The position numbers and the translations under genes were made by a program. This document shows positions 10,515 to 18,875 of a stretch of DNA of 20,000 bases, piece by piece; the stretch's first letter is position 1; the number at the start of each line of letters is the position of its first letter. Below the pieces are notes generated by a model that saw only the letters and a program-made list of their open reading frames with translations, did not search any database and had not been told where the DNA came from. The stretch is from Craspedostauros australis (Eukaryota), in assembly GCA_030167865.1 (NCBI GenBank), contig JALAGF010006669.1:49058-69057 (forward strand), read 5' to 3'.

Positions 10515-12500
10515 ACCATCATCAGCAACGCCATCATCAGCAACGCCATCATTTGCGACGCCATCATCAGCGATGCCATCATCAGTGACGCCATAACTTG
10601 CGACGCCGTCATCAGCAATGCCATCATCAGTGACGCCATCATCAGTGACGCCATCATTTGCGACGCCATCATTTGCGACGCCATCATCAGTGACGCCATC
10701 ATCAGGGACGCCATAACTTGCGATGCCATCATCAGCGATGCCATCATCAGTGACGCCATCATTTGCGACGCCATCATCAGCAATGCCATCATCAGCAATG
10801 CCATCATCAGCAATGCCATCATCAGCAATGCCATCATCAGCAATGCCATCATCAGCAACGCCATCATCAGCGACGCCATAATTTGCGACGCCATCATCAG
10901 CGACTCCATCATCCGCACCGCCATCATCCGCAACACCATCATCCGCAACACCATCATCCGCGACGCCATAATTTGCGACGCCATCATCAGCGATGCCAGC
11001 ATCAGCGACGCCATAATTTGCGGCGCCATCATCACCGATGCCATCATCAGTGACGCCATCATCAGCGTTGCCATCATCACCAACGCCATCATTTGCGACA
11101 TTATTATCAGCGATGCCATCATCAGCAACGCCATCATCAGTGACGCCATAACTTGCGACGCCATCATCAGCGATGCCATCATTTGCGACGCCATCATTTG
11201 CAACGCCATCATCAGCAATGCCATCATCAGTGACGCCATCATTTGCGACGCCATCATTTGCGACGCCATCATCAGCAATGCCATCATCAGCAACGCCATT
11301 ATCAGCGACGCCATCATCAGCGACGCCATCATCAGCGATGCCATCATCCGCAACGCCATCATCAGCAACGCCATCATCAGTGACGCCATCAACAGTGACG
11401 CCATCATTAGCAACGCCATCATCCGCGATGCCATAATTTGCGACGCCATCATCAGCAACGCCATCATTTGCGACGCTATCATCAGTGACGCCATCATCCG
11501 CAACNNNNNNNNNNNNNNNNNNNNNNNNNNNNNNNNNNNNNNNNNNNNNNNNNNNNNNNNNNNNNNNNNNNNNNNNNNNNNNNNNNNNNNNNNNNNNNNG
11601 CGACGCCATCATCAGCGACGCCATCATCAGCAACGCCATCATCAGCGATGCCATCATCAGCAACGCCATCATCAGCAACGCCATCATCAGTGACGCCATC
11701 AACAGTGACGCCATCATTTGCGACGCCATCATCAGTGACGATATCATCAGCGACGCCACAGCAACTCCATCATTTGCGACGTTATTGTCAGCGACGCCAT
11801 CATCAGCAACGCCATCATCCGCAACGCCATCATCCGCAACGCCATCATCCGCGACGCCATCATCCGCAACGCCATCATCAGCAACGCCATAATTTGCGAC
11901 GCCATCATCAGCGACGCCATAATTTGCGATGCCATCATCAGCAACGCCATCATCAGCAACGCCATCAACAGTGACGCCATAATTTGCGACGCCATAATTT
12001 GCGACGCCATCATCAGCAACGCCATCATCAGCGACGTCATAATTTGCGACGCCATCAATTGCAACGCCATCATTTGCAACGCCATCATCAGCGACTCCAT
12101 CATTTGCGACGTTATTGTCAGCGACGCCATCATCCGCAACGCCATCATCAGCGATGCCATCATCCGTGAAGCCATCATCCGTGAAGCCATAATTTGCAAC
12201 GCCATCATCAGCGATGCCATCATCAGCAACGCCATAATTTGCGACGCCATCATCATCAACGCCATCATCAGTGACGCCATCATCAGCGACGCCATAACTT
12301 GCGACGCCATCATCAGCGATGCCATCATCCGTGAAGCCATCATCCGTGAAGCCATCATTTGCAACGCCATCATCAGCGATGCCATCATCAGCGATGCCAT
12401 CATCAGCAACGCCATCATCAGCGATGCCATCATTTGCGACGGTATCATTTGTGACAATATCATCAGCGACGCCATCATTTGCAACGCCATCACATGCGCC
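10515..12500. repeat. Tandem minisatellite of 15-bp units (consensus GCCATCATCAGCGAC), about 126 visible copies, inside the transposon
   Basis: 66 in-phase units at 10515-11504, assembly gap, 10 units at 11605-11754, one 11-nt unit at 11755-11765, 48 units at 11766-12485 and a degenerate last unit. Confidence 0.97.
11505..11599. other. Assembly gap (95 N) within the tandem array
   Basis: Run of N. Its length does not preserve the 15-bp phase, so the true array length is unknown. Confidence 0.99.
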
Positions 12501-12592
12501 ACGAACGCGATGTAACTAGGACATAGTAACAGTTGATTATGTATGGCACTATCGAAAGTGCACAGTATTGAAATGAACGACAGCCAATTGGA

Positions 12593-13807
12593 TCATGGAA
12601 TCAAGCTGATATACTCCTCCATGGACAGCTTTTCAGATGTGTATCGTGATGATTGCTCATTGCCATAGAGTGTGCAACGAAGGTTGGTGAAAAATGCCGC
12701 AATGTACTGCATGTGGGTGAGCGGATTCCAATACATCTTGAGCTGATTCTTCACCCCCAGCAATGGGAAGTTCCTGCCGATCTCCATGAACTCCCACTCA
12801 ACACAGATTCGTGCACTAGACATGTCCTTGTTGCACAGAGCTTCAGAAGAACCCCGAGTGGTGTTGCGAAATGCACCAAGGATGTATGCTGTTGTTTGGT
12901 ACGCCGGATCGCCATACAAACAATACAGCGGATCGTGACCAGGCAACGGCATCAATTGGCGCAAGTGATCCTCAACTTCACTCTCACGCAGCATGTGCAT
13001 GTCATGACAGGCACCCAGGATGGGCCCATAGTAATGAAGAATCAATCCATCTGCACCAACAATCCCTTGAAACTTCACTCCATGCAGATGCTTGTGTCCA
13101 GAATACGCCAATTCTTGGTTGTAGGTTGGTCGGCACGTCGCAGAGAACGTCCCGTCAACGAAGCCGATGACATTGTTGACCAATTGTTTTGTGAGCTTGC
13201 AGACATTGCCAGCGTACTGCTGAAAGCGAGGGTAGAACAGCCCAATGTCACTCAGGTATGGAGCCGCGATTTCATAGAAGTAAAGAAAGAAGGTGGAACA
13301 GATACAAGAAAGCCTGTTGACATCCATATCGAAGCGATCCTCCATGTCAATCAATCGATCTCGATGAGCCAATCGATACAGCATGATCAGAACACCGACC
13401 TCGAAGGACACAGCCAAGCGATTCTTCACCTGTATAGATCTGGGATCGGCCTCGCCAGACACAGCGTTGAATTTTGGCCAAAGCGCGACGAGGATTCGAC
13501 GCAGGTGGTCCTTCCGAAACCGGAAGTGTTTCAGAGCATCCCTCTCTGACAGCTGACGAATTGTGACACCACGATTGCTATGAATCCGTGGAGGATCCAG
13601 TGGAAGAAGGTATTGATGCTGTAGTTGCAGGGTGTGCACGCCAAGGGCAAGCACATTGCGGAAGTGCAGAAGGAGATCCTCCATGTCGTCATCGTCAAGA
13701 TCATCTATTGGAAGCTGAGCTAGCCATGTAGCGGCACGCACGAATCTGGCCCTTGCCTCTGCGCAGGCCTCGCGCTCGGGCAAGCAATTCCACACGCGTT
13801 GAGACAT
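12593..13807 (-). CDS. PIF/Harbinger DDE transposase (HARBI1/DDE_Tnp_4-like), ~404 aa; alternative upstream ATG at 13909
   Basis: N-terminal FRFRK and HTH-like FEVGVLIMLYRLAH..MEDRF; catalytic motifs GFVDGT, YSGHKHLHGVKFQ, GPILGACHD, LYGDPAY, MSSARICVEWEF. No stops or frameshifts. The start at MSQRVW is a best guess. Confidence 0.95.
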   Translation of the reverse strand: MSQRVWNCLPEREACAEARARFVRAATWLAQLPIDDLDDDDMEDLLLHFRNVLALGVHTLQLQHQYLLPLDPPRIHSNRGVTIRQLSERDALKHFRFRKDHLRRILVALWPKFNAVSGEADPRSIQVKNRLAVSFEVGVLIMLYRLAHRDRLIDMEDRFDMDVNRLSCICSTFFLYFYEIAAPYLSDIGLFYPRFQQYAGNVCKLTKQLVNNVIGFVDGTFSATCRPTYNQELAYSGHKHLHGVKFQGIVGADGLILHYYGPILGACHDMHMLRESEVEDHLRQLMPLPGHDPLYCLYGDPAYQTTAYILGAFRNTTRGSSEALCNKDMSSARICVEWEFMEIGRNFPLLGVKNQLKMYWNPLTHMQYIAAFFTNLRCTLYGNEQSSRYTSEKLSMEEYISLIP

Positions 13808-14175
13808 CTTTGGGAGAAGTCCATTGTGGGAACATATGCGAGGCAAGTGGTGCATATGACCAACATGGCAGAGACACTGAAACGGAAGAGGAGGCAAAGA
13901 TACGAACAAGCACGAACATGCAGGTGGAAGAGCTGAACATTATTTTTTGTTCGTTGTGAACGGAAACGACAAGTGGAGAGGAACGAACTTCCTCTTGTGA
14001 GAATCTCGCGCCAAAGCAGGCTACTCGAAAACATGGATAAGGCTAGACAACCTTGATGACGTCATCGTATGATTACTTTGATTTACGTCAGTCCTTCCAA
14101 GATTCAATGTCACAGCGAACCTTGGGGGGAGGCGTCCCAAATCGCGTCACATCGACAGTTTCAGGGGATGGCTTA

Positions 14176-14197
14176 AAGTTACCAGCGATAACTCTCT
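14176..14197 (-). repeat. Right terminal inverted repeat (followed by TSD ATT 14198-14200)
   Basis: AAGTTACCAGCGATAACTCTCT; its reverse complement is AGAGAGTTATCGCTGGTAACTT. Confidence 0.92.
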
Positions 14198-14494
14198 ATT
14201 GGGAATGGTTCGCGTTTGCAAGTTCTCCAAGACGGTAGCTGACGCAGTACAAATGCTCAGAAGATCGAGTTTCAACCACCCACAGGAACAAGTGCACGAA
14301 GTTCGGTCAGATTTTTTCCCAGGTTCGTCATCCCTCCACTGCGCAGCGATCTGCTGCGAGTCCAGGCAGCTTCCCGAAGCAATCCTCCGATTGGTACATC
14401 ATCTCAGCTCCGTTCGGTCCTCGATTTTAACCAAGTCGCATCACATCACATCAAATCACATCACATCGCGATCGAAGAGACGACGACAAGCATC

Positions 14495-15022
14495 ATGGAC
14501 GGCCCTACAGTTCCCTGGACGATGGCGGATGTCAGCAAGTTGGGTGGCAACAAGGCCTTCTTGCTGTACCACGTGATGGGCTCCGGGTGCAGCTACATGA
14601 CGCCGCTGGGCTGCGCGCTGGGTGCTGCCATACTCCCGACGTTCGGAACCACCCTCGGTGGTGGCAAGCCTCTCACCACGTTGCAGGCAGCCGGTGTGGG
14701 TGGCATGGCTGGCGGCGCCCTCGGTGGCACCTTGGGCATGATGGCCATGATCAAGGCGAGCCACAGCAACAATCCCAACATGCCCTGGACCGATGACGGC
14801 ATCCAAATGCGCGTGGATGGCCTGTCACACAACTACATGGTGCGGGCGTTGGACTTGGGCATGTGGTTGGGTGCCGCAGCTGCCGGCGGCGCTCTGCTGG
14901 CGTACGGCGGTCCCCAGAAGCTGGGACTTTCGAGCGGTACCCTGGGTGGTCTGCAAGCCATCGCGTTGGGATCAGCCGTGGGATCCGTCTCCGCGATGGG
15001 TGTCATCTCCGTAACGAAATGA
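14495..15022 (+). CDS. Small Gly/Ala-rich multi-pass membrane protein, DUF1757-like (175 aa)
   Basis: Clean ORF with GC-rich third positions and about four hydrophobic GxxxG-rich segments. DDGIQMRVDGLSHNYMVRALD..G resembles the DUF1757 EG..DR..RL..N..Q.R.D motif (from memory; family call tentative). Confidence 0.75.
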   Translation: MDGPTVPWTMADVSKLGGNKAFLLYHVMGSGCSYMTPLGCALGAAILPTFGTTLGGGKPLTTLQAAGVGGMAGGALGGTLGMMAMIKASHSNNPNMPWTDDGIQMRVDGLSHNYMVRALDLGMWLGAAAAGGALLAYGGPQKLGLSSGTLGGLQAIALGSAVGSVSAMGVISVTK

Positions 15023-15742
15023 GAGGCGGCTCGTACGGTGCCACATACTACCATGCACAGGCAGATGGGATGATTGGATACCAACACGCGAGAGGGACAA
15101 GGTGTGGCACAGTCGTGATGCAGTCGCGATCGCACTTGCAGCGATGCTTGTGACCAGACCTCCGTTCTATTCCGTTCCCTTCCCGTCTGTTAGATTCCTT
15201 TTTGCATTATTTAGATACACATTGAGAATGTGGAGTATTATGAAGGTATCCGCACAGCGGCGGGCGGTGCGATAACTTAGCGACGAGCACTTGTAGCGAG
15301 CAGCTCTGGCTCTTGGCATTGTACGCGACCCATTCGCTTTGAAATCGATGCAACCCCGCACCCATGCATCGGCAACACCAAACCCTGCTTCTGCCCCTGG
15401 TGTGCGCGTAGGTGTTTTGCGACGATCGAGCCGAAATACATGTTCTGCTCTCTTTTCTTGTCAAGAACACAGAGTTCCTCAGGCGCTGCCAAAAGTTGTG
15501 ATGCCGCTACATGTCTGCCCGGAGAGGAGAGTATCATCGTGCATAAATACACGCATGGTATGGTACTCATTGGAATGACGTACGCGATCATCCTCTGTTC
15601 TCTCATTCTTCGTGCGCCAAGCAGTTCAGACAACCAGAGTTCAAACGCGACGAATTCTGGTGGACCATGCCGATGCTCGACTCGGCGCCGCCGACTGTAC
15701 CCCATCGATGTAACGCAATGCACTTAAAAGTGTATGTCCCAA

Positions 15743-18028
15743 TTAGACTTCGGCCATATCCAGCATATGCAGCAGCTCTTGTCCATCCAGCAGATCAAAT
15801 GAATCCTTCCTCGACAATTCCGGCATGAATGACATCGTCTGTATGGGCTCCATGTCGTCGAAGGCGCCGATGTCATCGGTCCTGCATGCGCTGTTGCTTC
15901 CGACGATGCCAACTCCGCCGTATTCCTGGACTGTATCCGGAGGAGACAACGGTGGCGTGACCGTCGGTTCGAGCGGCCTAGAAAGATTGGCCGAAGATGA
16001 TACCGGGGAGACTGTCGTCGGTGGTGTGAATGAGGTGGGAACAACGGCCGGCTTGGCCAATGGCGGATCCAATTCCTTTCGAAGCACCGTGTTGTTGCGG
16101 AAGGCGTGGCTGACCTTCTCGCGAGCCTTCTCAGGCATGACCTCGATCCAGAACTCGGGCTCGTCATCTTCCTGCTGCTTCGTCTTGCTCTTCGTCCCGC
16201 CAGCGTCCTTCTTACCCTTCTTCTGCTGCTTCGATTGGTCCTTCTTCAGGAAGCGAAATCCTTCGCTGTTGATCTGCTTAACGATCTCAATCGTCAACAT
16301 CTGCTTCTCCTTCATCCTGCTCTGCTGGTACTGCTCCCAGTGCTGATCGACGATCTCGGCAAGCCGCAGATTGCCTGGATACTCCTGGTACGGACGCCCC
16401 CGCCCGAGCAGGACGTCTCCGATCTTCGGGATTTCGATGTTGGAGACGCCGATGTCATGACATCTTTGCTGTCGCTGCTGCGCCTCTATCTGCTGTCGCT
16501 CCTTGAGCCACTGCTGGAATGGTTCTGCCAGGACGCGGCCTGTCTCCTTGTCGACTGGGAAATTCTTGACCTTGATGCCGAATGTCATCAACGTGTACAA
16601 ACTTTCGAGAAGTGAGCCTATGCATTGAGCATGAAATGAAATGACGTGGCATGATGTGTGGCATGGTATGGCAGATACGGATAGTTTTGGTGCGAGGTGG
16701 GCATAGGTAGATCGATAAGGGGGCGCGAGGGATCGAGAAGAGAGGTTAGAGTGAAGGCATGGATGTCAAAATTGTCGAATTATGGTGCAATTGCGCGACT
16801 TCACGCGCTGGCACGAGTACTTGCCGCCACCACAACTGCCGCGCTTGTTGCAGCCAAGCACCTGGCGTGTCTCGGTTCGAGATGCGGCGCAATCTCAGAA
16901 CAGCCCTCTGGATACACGAAGGTAGGCGGGCAGGCAGGGGATGTCCACAGACAGACAGTCAGGAGGAGCAGTAGAACAGAGCATTGCATGGAATTGCAAC
17001 TTACCGTTGTGAGCGCGATACCGAACCCGACCGCGGCGACCGATGATGTGCTGGACGGCCGCCATGGGCGCTGCGAGCTTTGGATTGTCGAAGCAGAAAT
17101 GAACGGCCGTGGTTGCCAGGGGATGGCAGGCCAGGAATCTGGAACCGTAGCGGACGAAGCCCATGTCCTTGTATTGGCGGAAGAGCTCCGACTCCTGCTG
17201 GCAGTCGGTGGCGATGCCGGCGTCGTACATGAGCAGCACCACGCCATGCTTCGAGGCGTCCGGGTGGCCCAGGCCGACATCGAAGAGGTACCAGTAGACC
17301 CGCGCGACTGTCTGGATGGTCTTGTACACGGCTCGCTTGCGTGAGAATGCCACGATGACGGGGCGTCCGATGTGATCCCGTCCCAGCCACTGCACGCGGC
17401 CGGTATCAAGGTACTTCTTGTCGTCGTCGAGCAGATCATCGTAGGTGATGGTGCTGCAGAGCTTCTCCAGACCGAAGAGCTCCAGCTTGAGTTCGAAGTA
17501 ATCGACGATGCGTCGCGCTGTCCGCTTGGGGTGGAAGTCCTCGGCGCGCAGGAAGTGGATGCAGAAGTCGAGGGAGGTGAACTTCTTTGGTCTGAGGAAG
17601 GTGGCCTTGTAGTAGGCAGGGCGCTGCTTGATCTTGCGGATTTCGGCGTGGAGCTGCTGCATGCTGGTGCGGAGGACCTCTGGCGTTTCCTTGATCTTGT
17701 CCGAAATGCCGTGGATGTCCTCGTACACCCGCTGCCTCTCGTGGATGGTGAGGGAGTTGAGCTCCTGCACCAGCATGGCCTCCGCCTTGGCCTCGTTCTT
17801 GCGGATCTCATCCGATGGCTGCATCCATTGCAGGGCACTGTTGCCGTTGCTGCCACCGTTGCTGTTGCCATTGCTGTTGCCATTGCTGTTCGCGCCTCCT
17901 CCGCCTCCGCCACTGCCGAACAGAGTGAAGCATCCTGGGGTGCTGCTGTTGCTGGATGGATCAGATACGCAGGAGCTGCCTCCGCTGCTGACGTAGCCTT
18001 CGTCGATGAGGTGCTTGCGCTTGCCCAT
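15743..18028 (-). CDS. Diatom-type CRAL-TRIO-like + DUF6824 domain protein; 2 exons (18028-17005, 16617-15743), ~632 aa
   Basis: Exon 1 contains ELNSLTIHERQRVYEDIHG and FLRAEDFHPKRTARRIVDYFELKLELFG. Donor AACG|GTAAGT (17004) and acceptor CATAG|GC (16618) give RYRAHNG-SLLESLYTLMTFGI (387-nt intron). Exon 2 has DUF6824: DVLLGRGRPYQEYPGNLRL..K..IV..FRFLK..WIEV..AREKVSHAFRN. Confidence 0.9.
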
Positions 18029-18875
18029 GGTTCTTTGTGCTGTTGCTGTTGCTGTTGATGCTACTGTTGCTGTTGTCTGTAGTCGTTGTTCGTTTGCGAT
18101 ACTGGGTGTACTCGTATTGCTGATCAGAGTGGAGTGGAGTGGAGCAGGGAACGTGTGATTCTTGGTTGTTCTTTGTTCACGTGGATTTGAACTTGCGATG
18201 TGGAGATGCTTGTGTTGCTTTTCGTTGGCTTTCGTTTTGTTTGATAGGAATGTGTTTTTATGGACGCTTCCGCAGGTACGGTGGTCGACGATTGTGTTCG
18301 AGAACGCTGTTGGTTTTGATGAGGTTGGTGCTGACGACAGCAGCGGCGATGGGCAGCGCCAAGGAGACAAAACTCGTCGTGACTGGCCTTGACAGATCGA
18401 TCCTGCATGCTCCTTGCACTTGTTCCATGTGTGTCTCAGCGACGACAGCCTTCGGTTTTGTGCCTCCTCCTCGGTTGTGGTCCCATTTTAGGGGCGGAAG
18501 CAGTCCGATTGGCCCCTCCGCACACAGCGCAGACGAACAGAGTTCGCACCCAGGGAGGGGAAGGGAAAACGGCGTTTTTTTGTAAAAGCGACTCAGAAAG
18601 AATAGAAAGTGGGTCCATTGTTGCTATTTTCCAAATTTTCCTGCTGTTCGTTGGAATCAGTCATTTCACAGGTTTCGCTGTTGCTTTCCTCGTGTATTTG
18701 TGACTTGCTTTGGGTTTGGGACAACAAGTCCATTGGTCATCGCGACTTCGTCCGCAACTCGAAGGCACACATTGCCACGACCCTCCCTGTACCGACTAAT
18801 GGCACACCAACCTACCATGGTGACATTGCAACCTGCTTCTCTCCTCCTCCCCATGCATGCTATGCACAGTTCTTG

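Larger units (their letters stand above)
7409..14197. mobile_element. PIF/Harbinger (PHIS) superfamily DNA transposon, Pangu/Harbinger2-like, structurally complete (~6.8 kb)
   Basis: TIRs at 7409-7430 and 14176-14197 (20/22 identical). Direct ATT on both flanks (7406-7408, 14198-14200). Encloses a DDE_Tnp_4-type transposase and a convergent Myb/SANT-like ORF. Confidence 0.93.

Noticed and set aside
10515..12500. CRISPR-like repeat-spacer array
   Set aside because: Units are contiguous 15-mers with point variants and no unique spacers; there are no cas genes and the context is eukaryotic.
10439..12519. Track ORFs reading AIISD, MMASL, PSSAT or HHQRR repeats as genes
   Set aside because: By-products of a 15-bp unit that lacks stops in several frames. 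The PSSAT and HHQRR frames are repeatedly broken, and some ORFs cross the N gap.
12653..13549. 298-aa plus-strand ORF
   Set aside because: Antisense shadow of the transposase with no recognisable motifs.
12593..13909. Domesticated host HARBI1/ALP1 gene
   Set aside because: Flanking TIRs, a TSD and a partner ORF indicate a real transposon.
14449..14467. Short simple repeats: (TCACA)n here, (ATAGA)n at ~6558-6573, and the NGNS-coding repeat at ~17840-17890
   Set aside because: Ordinary microsatellites or low-complexity coding sequence.
16697..18058. Overlapping ORFs 16801-17913 (-), 16697-17344 (+), 17372-18058 (+)
   Set aside because: Alternative-frame or antisense shadows of the GC3-rich DUF6824 gene.
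18029..18370. N-terminal extension of the track ORF 16895-18370
   Set aside because: Begins at a non-ATG codon and is low-complexity, UTR-like sequence; the first ATG is at 18028.
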